From Chiloscyllium plagiosum (taxonomy: Eukaryota): a DNA stretch of 64,000 nt. The position numbers were made by a program, and so were the translations under genes. The first letter of the stretch is position 1. Each line of letters begins with the position of its first letter. Positions 13,556-26,266 of the stretch are shown here, in pieces. A model generated the notes under the pieces. It had not been told where the DNA came from. It did no database searches and saw only the letters and a program-made list of their open reading frames with translations. The stretch covers positions 49,507,272-49,571,271 of the forward strand of contig NC_057719.1 in assembly GCF_004010195.1 (NCBI RefSeq), read 5' to 3'.

Positions 13556-14975
13556 AAGTTGCACATCTCTGATATCAAATTAACAGGTATATAGGTTACA
13601 GACTTCTACTTACAGCTTTTCTTAAAGGTACAACATTAGCTGTCCTTCAGCTATCATGGTGACTGTTATAATTTATAAATAAGTGTGACCCGCTCCTTGA
13701 AAATAAATTAAATTACCAGTGAATATATATTAACCATAATGTTCAATTAGTAATCAAGTTTCATGTCAGAATTGAGCCTGAATCTCAGTAAAAAGACCTC
13801 AGAATGGTTATGACATATTGTTGTAAGTTTCACTTGTTCCCTTTAACATGGAGTCTATAGTAGGACCCAGTTTTTAATATTGCTTATACTCCACAGAAGA
13901 TTCTACACTCTATTAACATTATGGCCTCTATTGATCTCCTATTTGAGCATGGGCCAAGTCCCTTAAATCGATCAATTTAATCTGTTTCAACAAATTCACT
14001 TGATGGCAAGTTCCACATTGGCACTGTACAAGTTAAGTACATGTCTTCTAAATTATTTAGATAATCTGTTTGTGGTGATATTGTACTTATGATACCAGCT
14101 CGGGACTAATCCACAATTGGTAACAGTTACGCCACATACAGCTCATTTAACATCTTCATAACTTTATGTACTTGTACCCTGACAAAACACTAATGGAATA
14201 AAGAGAACCAGCTTGATGAAAGGTAGGTTGTCATCCAAAGAACAGATCAAATCAAAGCATTTCCATTGATCCTATTTGTTGGTTGGGAACTTGGGGTCAG
14301 GTCTACTGACAAATAACAAAACAACTTAAATTGCCTCAGGCCTCAATATAAGGATTACAAGAGATGAAATTCCAGAGTTGGGAAACTGAACACAGACAGG
14401 AGATGACTTGTGAAGGTGTTTTTGAGACACCTCACTTACGGCTAGATGATTTTTAAAAAACCCTGCTCAGGGATCGTTCAGTTTCTTACCTAGCTTCCCA
14501 CAATGTCCTGGGATACACTTGAACTTGATCAGAAGTGGGGATGTTCACTGATGATTGCATAATATTCACTATTTGCAGTTCATCAGATACTTAAGCAGTC
14601 TGTGTTGAATATCAGCCACACCTGAACTTCAAAGTACAAAGGGACATTTGCACCACACAAGTGCCAGGCATTTGAACTGGAATGCACTCATTTTTGGGCC
14701 CAAGAATAATGTGTTGTTCAATCCATTTTCTAAGTTTTCTTTACATTCAAACAAATAGGTCATGCAACCTGCATTGTTCAGAGTTTTGATTGCACTTTGC
14801 TGCCTATTCTCAGATCATTATCGTTTCAAAATTAAGCCCTCAGCTGATTACTGATTTGGTTTTTAATGCAATGTTTATTGGTACAGTAGGATCTCTATTA
14901 ATTGGTGTCCACTTGTCAACCAATCAACACTCTACTCTCATGCTGTAGAAATGTAATTTTGTCCCTGAATTGATA

Positions 14976-15362
14976 GGTTGAAACTTTATTGCTGGAACAG
15001 CACAGCAGGTCAGGCAGCATCCAGGGAACAGGAGATTCGACGTTTCGGGCACAGGCCCTTCTTCAGGAATGAGCAGAGAGTGTTCAGCAGGAGAAGATAA
15101 AAGGTAGGGAGGAGGGACTTGGAGGAGGGGCGTTGGAAATGTGATAGGTTACATTTCCTATCACATTTCCAACGCCCCGCCTCCAAGTCCCTCCTCCCTA
15201 CCTTTTATCTTCTCCTGCTGAACACTCTCTGCTCATTCCTGAAGAAGGGCCTGTGCCCGAAACATCGAATCTCCTGTTCCCTGGATGCTGCCTGACCTGC
15301 TGTGCTGTTCCAGCAATAAAGTTTCAACCTTGATCTCCAGCATCTGCAGACCTCACTTTCTC
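14976..15362. mobile_element. PLE-derived near-perfect palindrome with two hammerhead motifs
   Basis: About 170-bp arms (14976-15146 and 15158-15329) plus a 3' tail. TSD tccctgaattgata at 14962-14975 and 15361-15374. Confidence 0.92.
15035..15070 (-). ncRNA. Minimal type I hammerhead ribozyme motif
   Basis: Minus strand: auuc CUGAAGA a gggc-cugu-gccc GAAAC GUC gaau. Stem I auuc/gaau, stem II gggc/gccc, palindromic ACGU stem III. Confidence 0.85.
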
Positions 15363-17269
15363 CCTGAATTGATACTCTTGTATAATATCCTGATGTGTGT
15401 AAGATGAGCAGAATGTGTCATTTTTCAACAGTATTCATTTGGGAAAGGCGTAAAGGAACAATGCTGTTATTATTGGTGAGAGGGATAAGGTGGTTTTGAA
15501 CAGATCAAAGTTTGTGGTCATTTTTTGAGAGAAAAGGCATCAAGTGAGGATGAAGAAATGCTGTAGACATTTAAAAGTATTTTCAGATATGGAAGTGGTG
15601 TTTGGCTTGGAGAACCTAGTTTTTGTTGCCTTGAGATGAGGAGGAAGATGCAGTTTAGTACGACAGAGGAAGTGTGAGTGGCACTGGAAAAGTGTGAATT
15701 GGTTTAACATTCTACAAAAGATGTAGCTATAGCATAAATGTAGCCTCATTCTGGACTCAAGGGCCGAATCCAACACATGAAGAACAAAATTTTCTTGGCA
15801 AAATTTTTATTTGGCAGTTGTTTTGGCCTCAATTTCTGAAGTGGTAGAAACCCTTGTAATATTAAAGTATTTAGATGTGCACTTGCAAGACCAAGGCATA
15901 CAAGGCTATGCGCCAAGGGCTGCAAAATGAAATTAGAATAGTTAGACATTTGTTTTTGACCAGCGCAGGCTTAATGAGATGAAGGGTTTCTTCTGTGCTG
16001 TAACTCTAAGTGCATTCCATAATAATTGTACTAATATTGAAATTCTGTGCATGCTTCATGGAGTCAACATTTGTCATGATTACTAACAGAACATTATGGC
16101 TAATGTATATTCACTGTTGCTTAATTCATTTTCAAGGAGATGGTCACACTGGTTTATAAATTATAACAGTCACTGTGATTGAAACATTTTCTTTGTTCAA
16201 ATAAATAGCTTAAAAATGTCATTCGATGTAAGGTTGGACAGCTCACCAGCCTTTGATTGAATGGTCCATTTAAAGATGTTCGGTCCTTTTATTTTGAAAA
16301 ATAACTGACAGTATTGCTGAGTATCTATGTACTATTTGTCTGCTTGTTTAGTTCCAGTTGGACAATCAGTAACAATTTATCCAGAATTCAGTAATTTAAG
16401 TGGAATCAAATTTCCATAATGATGATGTTCTTGGTGAAACTCCAGTGCTATTTGCTCTTTTCTGTGTACTCCTCCTCTTTCGTACTTTTTCTCTGTTCTC
16501 TCACACACCCCTCTCCATTTCTCTCGCTTCCTCCTGGCAGCAACCCCCAGCTTCCCTATTCCTCGTGTCTCAAAAACATCTTCACAAGTCATCTCTTGTC
16601 TCTGTGGATCAATGGAAATGCTATGATCTGGTCTGTTCTTTGGCTGACAATCTACCTTTCATCAAGTTGGTTCTCTTTATTCTACTAGACATTTTTCAGG
16701 GTACAAGTACATAAGTTATGAAGATGTTAAATGAGCTGTATGTGGCGTAACTGTTACCAATTGTGGATTAGTCCCGAGCTGGTATCATAAGTACAATATC
16801 ACCACAAACAGATTATCTAAATAATTTAGAAGACATGTACTTAATTTGGAAGACTGTACAATGTGGAACTTGCCATCAAGTGAATTTGTTGAAACAGATA
16901 AAATTGATTAATTTAAGGGACTTGGTCCATGCTTAAATATGAGATCAATAGAGAGCATAAAATTAAGAGTGTAGACTCTTCTGTGGAGTATGAGCAATAT
17001 TAAAAACTGGGTCCTACTATAAGACTTCATGTTATAGGGAACAAGTGAAACTTAGAGCAATATGTCATGACCATTCATAGGACATTTTACTGAAATCCAG
17101 ACTCTCAATTTTGATATGAAACTTGATCCAATACCATTGTGCCATTTAAATAGTTAATATTCATAATTTTTAATTTAAGAAAATGTGCCATGTGTATTCC
17201 TTTATACATTGGAGACGCCTTTGTTCCCATTCACCGTTTCCTGCTCATTAGGCAATTCTCTATCCATGC

Positions 17270-17437
17270 TGAAAATGTGTTGTTGGAAAAGCGCAGCAGG
17301 TCAGGCAGCATCCAAGGAGCAGGAGAATCAGTTGCTGGAAAAGCGCAGCAGGTCAGGATGCTGCCTGACCTGCTGCGCTTTTCCAGCAACACATTTTCAG
17401 CTTTGATCTCCAGCATCTGCAGTCCTCACTTTCTCCT
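17270..17437. mobile_element. PLE-derived fold-back mini-element with a duplicated arm segment
   Basis: 16-bp TSD aattctctatccatgc at 17254-17269 and 17438-17453; arms from the same family as 1970-2192. Confidence 0.9.
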
Positions 17438-17604
17438 AATTCTCTATCCATGCCAATGTTCTACCTCTAACACTGACTTTTGTTTTATGACTTGACATTT
17501 TGTGAGATGCCTTATCGAATGTCTTCTGGAAGTCTGAATACAACATAATCTATTAGTTCCCCTCTATCCACTCATAGCATTTCTCCAAAACACTCCATTC
17601 TTGA

Positions 17605-18640
17605 TAGAGTCATAGAGATATAGAGATGTACAGCACAGAAACAGACCCTTTGGTCCAACTCATCCATGCTGACCAGATATCCCTCCAAACCCTTCCTATT
17701 CATAGACCCATTCAGATGCCTTTTAAATGTTGCAATCATACTAGCCTCCACCACTTCCTCTGGCAGCTCATTCCATACATGTACCACCCTCTGCGTGAAA
17801 ATGTTGCCCCTTAGGTCTCCTTTTATATCTTTCTCCTCTCACCCTAAACCTGTGCCCTCTAGTTCTGGACTCCTGCACCACAGGGAAAAGATTTTGTCCA
17901 TTTATACTATCCATGCCCCTCATGATTTTATAAACCTCTATAAGGTCACCCCTCGGCCTCCGACACTCGAGGGAAAACAACCCTAGCCTATTCAACCTCT
18001 CCCTATAGCTCAAATCCTCCAATCCTGGCAACATCCTTGTAAATCTTTTCTGAACCCTTTCAAGTTTCACAACATCCTTCCAATAGGAGGGAGACCAGAA
18101 TTGCATGCAATATTCCAACAGTGGCCTAACCAACATCCTGTACAGCTATAATATGACCTCCCAATACTCTGACCAATAAAGGGAAGCATACAAAAAGCCA
18201 CCTTCACTATCCTGTCTACCTGCGTCTGCACTTTCAAGGAGCTATGAACCTGCATTCCAAGGTCTCTTTGTTCAGCATCATTCCCTAGGACCTTACCATT
18301 AAATGTAGAAGTCCTGCTTAGATTTGCTTTCCCAAAATGTAGCACCTCGCATTTATCTGAATTAAACTCCATCTGCCACTTCTCAGCCCATTGGCCCATC
18401 TGATCAAGATCCTGTTGTAATCTGAGGTAATCTTCTTCGCTGTCCACTACATCTCTAATTTTGGTGTCATTTGCAAACTTGCTTACTATACCTCTTATGC
18501 TCACATCCAAATCATTTTATATAAATGACGGAAAGTAGCAGACCCAGCACCGATCCTTGTGGCACTCTTCTGGTCACAAGCCTCCAGTCTGTAAAGCAAT
18601 CCTCCACCACCACCCTCTGTCTTCTACTTTTGAGCCTTAT
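17605..18640 (-). mobile_element. CR1/HER1 LINE 3' portion
   Basis: KFANDTKI...WAEKWQMEFNSDKCEVLHFG...LVRPLLEYCMQFWSP; tail at 17605-17660. Confidence 0.95.
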
Positions 18641-19349
18641 TGACTGACAATCTTTCTATCCCTAAAACGTCTTAGCTTCTTTCTCTGTGATCTTAATGAT
18701 GCATGTTGAGCTGTCATGTTAACATTTGATTGACCTATAATGTTTACTAGATGGAGGTGCACCACTTTATTAAGCAATTTTCAGAAAGGCTGGATTTTAT
18801 TTTCTGTTCCTCAGTACTTATTTTATGAGCCAGGTCAGACCTATAGAACAAAGTCATCTCTAAAATACCAACAAGGAATCTGGCCTTTCACCCCAGCTCC
18901 TATTGAGCAAAATTTTTAAAAATGGCAAAAAACTCGCAATCTGTTGGTAAGGCCGAATTGGTGGATAGTATAGGCATTTTTAACAAAAGTCCATTTCTCT
19001 AATAATAAAATTAAAACACGGTTAGGGCAGAGAAGAATGAGTGATCACTCAGTCAACTTAAAAGTACAAAGAAAGACACCAAAATGTTCAAAATTCTAAA
19101 ACATCTTTGTTCTCTACCTACTGGCTTTATAATTTTGGGGCAATGAAACATGACCCCAGCATGACATGCGTTTGTCATCATATCACAGTGTCACATCAGC
19201 AGGTGATAAAAGCATGTTGGTTACCAACATTCGTATAATGAGGGAAATTTAGGAATTGTCAACATATTGCAAACTTCAAACTAGTGCTTTGCTGGCCTAC
19301 AGCAGTGAACTGCATTCAGTTGATTCACCCATTAGGCAAAGTTTTTTTT

Positions 19350-20280
19350 TTGAGAAGTCCGAACCAGAGTGGATAGAGGGGAACCAATAGATATGTTGTA
19401 TTTGAACTTCCAGAAGGTGTTCGATAAGGCATCTCAAAAGATTAAGTCATAAAACAAGAGCCCACAGTGTTAGAGGTAGAAGATTGGCATGGATAGAGAA
19501 TTATCTAATGGGCAGAAAATAGCAAGTGGAAATAAGGGAGTCTTTTTCAGGTTGGTGAGCAATGACCATTGGGGTTCAACAGAGATCAGGATTAGAGGAG
19601 TACAGCAGTTTACAACATAAAATGATTTGGAAGACTGAAGCAAATGTACTGTCGCAAAATTTGTGAATCACCCAAAACAGGTGGAAAAGCAGGTTGCAAG
19701 AGGGATACATGAAGTTTATGGAGAATTATTGATAAGTTAAGTAATTGGGTAAGAAGTCAGCAAGTGGAGTATGATGTAAGAAAATGTAAAGTTGATCATT
19801 TTGAAAGGGAGAACTGAAGAAAAGTACTATTTAAAAGGAGAACAAAAAGTACTTTTTAAATGGAGTAAAATAACAAAGTTGCAACACGAAGGGTCTTTGA
19901 GGTACTCGTACACAAAACACAGAAAACTAGCACACGGGTGCAGCAGGCATTCGGGAAGGCTAATGGAATGTTGGCCCTTACTACAAGAGGGTTGGAGTAT
20001 AAGAGTAGAGAAGTCTTATTGCAGCTGTACAAGGTGCTGATAAGACCATATCTGGAGTACAGTGAGCAGTTTTGTGTTCTCCTTATTTAAGAAAAAAAAG
20101 TCATTTAATTAGCAGTTCAGAGAACTCTGTGTAGGGTAATCCCTGGTATGGAGGAGATTGGCTTGTGAGCAAAGGTTAAACAGGTTGTGACTCTAATCGT
20201 ACTTTGGAAACATGAGAGGTTATCGCATTGGAGCAATTTATTCTTAAGGGGCCTGAAAGGATGCTTCCTCTCATTGGAAC
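19350..20280 (+). mobile_element. Degraded CR1 RT fragment
   Basis: Remnants of YLDFQKAFDK, KCKVDHF, LYKVLIRPYLEY. Confidence 0.8.
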
Positions 20281-20957
20281 ATCCTTCCTGGTTGCTCCTA
20301 GTATGATGATGAGTCTGTTTGTAGTCTAAGTGATGATGTTGTTCTTAATGCTGTTACATGGGGAGTTTCAGAACTTTCCCTCATTGAAGGAGTGGCAATA
20401 AAAGAATGACTAGGGTAGGAATAGGTCCAGTCAAGGATAGTAGTGGGAAGTTGCGTGTGGAGGCAGGCAAGGAATAAATGCAACACTTATTTAAGGAGGA
20501 GGATGAAACGTAAGCACACCATGAACCCGAGTTCAGTAATGGAAAAAAATACTAGAATAGGGACTTCGTAAACTCAAATCAAATTATATTGGCTCTACCT
20601 AATCACATTACGCAAGTGCAAGCATATTTGACAAATGGTTATGGATGTGCAGCATGGTTGGTGAAAGGAAAAACTACGCTTTGCAAATGTATTAAGTCCT
20701 TTTTAAAGATATAGCCAGAACATTAGATAATGGAAAACCTATGGGTGTAGTGTTTATGGATGTTTGAAGGGCATGTAAACAAGGGTCTTTTTAATATACT
20801 CAAAGAAATTGAGAAAACTACTGAAATATTCTAATTACAGTTGCTGACAAAACTGTTTAGATAATAGTATAATGTAGAAGATGCAAGCTGAAAAAAAAAA
20901 ATTGATGAATTACCAATTTGCTAACTCCATAAAAAAACATTTTGCAAATGATATCAT

Positions 20958-21885
20958 TTTTATAAATGACCTAGATAAGGGCTTAGAAGGATGGGTCAGT
21001 AAATTTGCGGATGACACGAAGATCAGTGGAGTTGCGAATAGAGCCGAAGGATGTTGCAGGTTACAGATAGAAATGGATAAGCTGCAGAGCTGCGCTGAGG
21101 GGTAGCAAATGGAATTTAATGTGGAAAAGTGAGAGGTGATTCACTTTGGAAGGAGCAACAGGAATCCAGAAAACTGGGCTAATGGTAAGATTCTTGGTAG
21201 TGTAGATGAGCAGAGAGATCGGAGTGCTCATGTACATTGATCCCTGAAAGTTGCCACCCAGGTTGATAGGGTTGTTAAGGCGGCATATGGCGTACTGGCT
21301 TTTATTGGTAGAGGAATTGAGTTCTGGAGCCCTGAGGTCATGTTGCAGTTTTATAAGACTCTGGTGCAGCCTCATCTGGAGTATTGTGTGCAGTTTTGGT
21401 CCTCATACTATAGGAAGGATGTGGAGGCACTGGGACGGGTGCAGAGGAGGTTTACCAGGATGTTGCCTGGTATTGTAGGAAGATCGTATGAGCTAAGGCT
21501 GAGGCACTTGGGGTTGTTTTCATTGGAGAAAAGAAGGTTTAGGGGTGACTTGATAGAGGTGTACAAGATGATTAGGGGTTTAGATAGGGTTGACCATGAG
21601 AACTTTTTTCCACGTATGGAGTCAGCTATTATGAGGGGGCATAGCTTTAAATTAAGGGGTGGTAGGTATAGGACAGGTGTTAGGGGTAGATTCTTTACTC
21701 AGCGAGTCGTGAGTTCATGGAATGCCCTGCCAGTAGCAGTGGTGGACTCTCCCTCTTTATGGGCATTTAAACGGGCATTGGATAGGCATATGGAGGATAG
21801 TGGGCTAGTGTAGGTTAGGTGGGCTTGGATCGGCGCAACATCGAGGGCCAAAGGGCCTGTACTGCGCTGTATTTTTCTATGTTCT
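20958..21885 (+). mobile_element. CR1 LINE 3' portion
   Basis: FINDLDKGLEGWVSKFADDTK; ORF 21340-21813 is the CR1 ORF2 C-terminus; tail gggccaaagggcctgtactgcgctgt. Confidence 0.95.
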
Positions 21886-22234
21886 AAAATATTTCCGGGT
21901 CAGGACTGAGCATTCGAGGGAAATGCAACAAATGTTGAAAACTTTACAGGAATCATAAATTTCCATTGAACAGTGGTTGCGTAATGAGAATATGTAAATT
22001 TAGAATTAATACTAAATATATTTTAAAAGTTCATCATGCAAAAGATTATTGGAATAAGAAAGGATACTACCAATGTTTACAGAAGCTAAGAGGGAATGAA
22101 ACAAGCATTTGAAGCATTTTTTGAAAAGCTTTTGAGGGAGTGCAAGATACTATGAATCACTGGCTAGGTTGAAGCTGGAGCATTATCTTCAATTCTGGGC
22201 ACCATGTCAAAGCCATGGAGACAGTGCAGAGATT

Positions 22235-22890
22235 TAGAACATAGAACATTACAGCGCAGTACAGGCTCTTCGGCCCTCGATGGTTTCACAGGTCAGTGCA
22301 ACAATCTAAAGCTCATCTAACATATACTATTCCATAACCATCCGTATGTTTATCCAGTGACCATTTAGATGCCCTTTAAGTTGGCGAGTCCACTGCTGTT
22401 ACAGACAGGGCTTTCCATGCCCTTACTACTCGCTGAGTAAAGAAGCTATCTCTGACATCTGTCCTATATCTATCATCCCTCAATGTAAAGCTATGTCCCC
22501 TTGTGTTCGCCATCACCATCCGAGGAAAAAGACTCTCACTGTCCACCCTATCTAGTCCTCTGATCATCTTGTATGCCTCTATTAAGTCACCTCTTAACCA
22601 CCTTCTCTCGAACGAAAGCTGCCTCAAGTCCCTCAGCCTTTCCTCATAAGACCTTACCTCCTTATCAGGCAACATCCTAGTAAACCTCTGCATCCTTTCC
22701 AATGCTTCCAATCCTTCCTATAATGCGGTGACCAGAACTGTATGCAATACTCCCAAGTGTAGCTGCACCAGAGTTTTGTACAGTTGTGACGTGACCTCAT
22801 GGCTCCAAAACTCAACCCTTCTACCAATAAAAGCTAACACACAGTGCGCCTTCTTAACAATCCTATTAAGCTGGGTGGTATCTTTCAGAA
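22235..22890 (-). mobile_element. CR1 LINE 3' portion, tail-to-tail with the preceding copy
   Basis: ORF 22376-22711 RFTRML...LRGDLIEAYKMIRGLDRVD; (agaacat)n tail at 22235. Confidence 0.93.
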
Positions 22891-24449
22891 TGATACCAGT
22901 TATGTGGAGACATAAGAACATCTGGAATTCTTCTACATTGACCAGAGAAGGTTATGGGGAGAGTCAATGGAAGTGCTCAGAATTATGAGGAATTTTGATA
23001 GTTTGATTTTTTTTTAGTTTAATTTGGTTGGTAGAAGGATCAGGAATTTGAGAACTTGGTCAAAGGACCCAGGTAGAGATGAGTTCTTTTTTTTACACAG
23101 CGTAATGTTATGGTCTGGAATGCATTGCCTGTGAGTGGTGGAAGCAAGTCCAATGACAACTTCCAAAGAAAATTAGGTAAATATTTGAGTCAGAAAAAAA
23201 ATGTAAGCTGTGTGAAAAGAATGCTGAACTTGCATATATTGAAGTTTTTTTATTCGTTCAAGGAATATGTGTTGCTGGTTAGACCAGTATTTATTGCCCA
23301 TGCCTAATTGTCCTGGAGAAGATGGTGATGAGCTATTTTCTTGAACTACTAAGGCCTTTGATAGTCCACACACAATGCTGTTATGGAGAGTGAGTTCCAA
23401 AAATTTAACCTAGTGGTACATGCTATAGTTAAGAGTTGGGATGATGTGTGCGACTTGGCAGGGAACTTGCAGATGGTACTGTTCCCAAATATCTACTGTC
23501 TTTGTCCTGTGGGGAGTTAGAGATCATGGATTTCAAAGATGCTGTTGGACGATCCTTGGTGACTTACCGCTGTGCATCTTGTAGAAGATTCACATGACTG
23601 ATACTGTGTGCATTGGTGAAAGGAGTGAATGTTGAAGGTGGTTCAGGTGTCAATCAAGTGGACTGCTTTGTCTTGGATGGTATTAAGCTGCTTCAGTGTT
23701 GTTGATGCTGCACTCTTCCAGGCAATTTCTCCATTGGACTGTTTCCTTTGTAGATGGCAAAAGGAGGTGAGTTATTCACCTCAAAATTTTTAAACTTTGA
23801 CCTGCTGTTTAAAAATGCTGGCACATGCATAATGGCAGCCTTTTATGATCTTTTGAATTTTAATCGGTTTTGATCTGGTGAATTTTAATCCATGAATGGA
23901 GTTGATGTTTGCTCTACCACAGATGAGCATTAGTGCGAAAATAGGTGTGATTACAAAAACAATCTATATCATAGCGCATCCCTGGGTTATCAAAGAAAAT
24001 TTTAGTGAGCCAAATAGAGTGGACACATGACCTAAAACCTGGTTAAAGAACATGGTTGTAAAGGACTTTTAAAAGAGGAAGAGTAGCAAATAGATTTAAG
24101 GAGCGAATTCCAGAGTTTAGGTCTTCAGCTGCAAAGACTGTAATAATGTAGCCAATAAAATTGAACTTTGTGTATCAAGCAAAATATTAGAGGTTTGCTT
24201 TAAGATCTTCTTTTGTGGTTGGACCAGATGAAAGGTTTTGCATGCCATGAGGTAACTTCACCACTCAATCATTCTTCATTACAACTCCACTTGATCCATT
24301 GGCGCGTTTTTAAAAAAAAAAGTTGATGTCGAAAATTTGGCATTTTTGTTTAAATCTCAACAAATTTGCCGTAACAATTGAAAAGACATAGGCCTCTGCT
24401 GATTGCTGACTGCTGCTAGTGAGGTACTGAAAGACTGAAGGTTGGCAGC

Positions 24450-26266
24450 ATTTAACAAAGAAAGGTGGTAAGGACAAGCCAGGGATCTATAGACCGGTGA
24501 GCCTGACATTGGTGGTGGGCAAGTTGTTGGAGGGAATCCTGAGAGACAGGATTTACATGTATTTAGAAAGGTAAGGACTGATTAGGGATGGTCAACATGG
24601 CTTTGTGGGTGGGAAATCATGTCTCACAAACTTGATTGAGTTTTTTTGAAGAAGTAACAATGAGGGCAGAGCGGTTTACGTGATCTATATGGACTTCAGT
24701 AAGGCGTTTGACAAGGTTCCTCATGGGAGACTGGTTAGCAAGATCAGATCTCATGGAATACAGAGACAACTACCCATTTGGATGTAGAACTGTTTTGAAG
24801 GTAGAAGACAGGTTGCTGGTGGAGGGCTTCTTTTCAGACTGAAGGCCTGTGACCAGTGATGTACTACAAGGATCGGTGCTGGGTCCACTGCTTTTCATCA
24901 TTTATGTAAAACAGTTTGGATGTGAACATAGGGGGTATGGTTAGTAAATTTGCAGATGATGCCAAAATTGGAAGTGTAGTGGACAGCAAAGAAGGTCACC
25001 TCAGATTACAATGGGATCTTGATCAGATGGGCCAGTGGGCTGAAGAGTGGTAGGTGGAATTTAATTTCGATAAAAGCGAGATGCTGCATTTTGGAAAAGC
25101 AAATCAGAGCAGGACTTATACACTTAGTGGTAAGGTACTGGGGAGTGTTGCTGAACAAAGAGACCTTGGAGTGCAGGTTCATAGTGAAATGTTAAAGGAT
25201 TAATTTCTTCCGCTGACATGTAAGAAATTGGGCGTCCCAGGGGGTGTGTTTTTTCGGTCTTGCTGGCAGCATGTGACAATGTAATCTCACACTGTTTTAA
25301 GGAATAACCTAATCGCACATTGTTTCTGGAAATAATCTAATCACTTTACACTGGTTTTGGGTGGTGTGTGACTGAGGGAATGGCAGGGGTTTGTGTCTTA
25401 CGTGCATGACTGACTGTGATGTAAAACCCTGTATAAAGGGAGGACGGTTTCCTTGTTCAGGGAGCCTTGCTTGACACGCTCCGCAAGCATCACGACAAGT
25501 ATTAAGTGATCCTCCACAAGCTTGTACTTGTTTAAATAAATCGTGGCTGTTCACACATGTTGGCATATTGCAGTTGCATCAAGTGTGTAAGAATTTCAAG
25601 AAGGGAATCTAACAATAGTTTCCTGAAAGTGGAGTCGCAGGTAGATAGGATAGTGATTAAGGCATTTGTATGCTTTCCTTTATTAGAGTGTGGAGTACAG
25701 GAGTTGGGAGGTCATGTTGCGGCTGTACAGGACGTTGGTTAGGCCAGTGTTGCAATTCTGGTCTCCTTCCTATTGGAGAAACTTGAAAGGGTTCAGAAAA
25801 GATTTACAAGGATGTTGCCAGGGTTGGAGGATGTGAGGTATAGGGAGAGGCTGAACAGGCTGGGGCTGTTTTCTCTGGAGCTTTAGAAGCTGAGGGATGA
25901 CCATAGAGGTTTATAAAATCATGAGGGGCGTGGATAGGATAAATAAACAAAGTCTTTTCCTTGGGCTGGGTGAGTCCAGAATTCGAGGGTTTATGGTGAG
26001 GGGGGGAACTATAAGGGACCTAAGGGGCAACTTTTTTTATGCAGTGGGTTGTGCGTGTATGGAATGAGTTCCAGAGGAAGTGGTGGAGGTTGGTACAGTT
26101 GCAGCATTTAAAAGGCATCTGGATGAGTATATGGATAGGAAGGGTTTGGAGAGAAATGGGCCAAGTGCTGGCAAATGGAACTCGATTAGTTTGGGATATC
26201 TGGTCAGCATGGATGAGTTAGACCAAAGGATCTAACTGTATCCCTGCTGTATGTCTCTATGACTAT
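24450..26266 (+). mobile_element. CR1/HER1 LINE RT and 3' end, split by a solo LTR
   Basis: YRPVSLT, QHGF, YMDFSKAFDKVPH, QGSVLGP, KFADDAK motifs with frameshifts. Confidence 0.95.
25185..25614 (+). mobile_element. Solo LTR (430 bp)
   Basis: TGAAA...TAACA ends; 4-bp TSD ATAG (25181-25184, 25615-25618); TATAAA at 25432, AATAAA at 25535. Removing it restores CR1 ggttcatag-tttcctgaaagtgg. Confidence 0.88.

Larger units (their letters stand above)
13753..17127. repeat. ~520-bp inverted duplication (13753-14272 and 16606-17127), 2.3-kb spacer
   Basis: Direct reverse-complement alignment. 14033-14182 vs 16696-16844 is identical except for one 1-nt indel. Confidence 0.95.
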
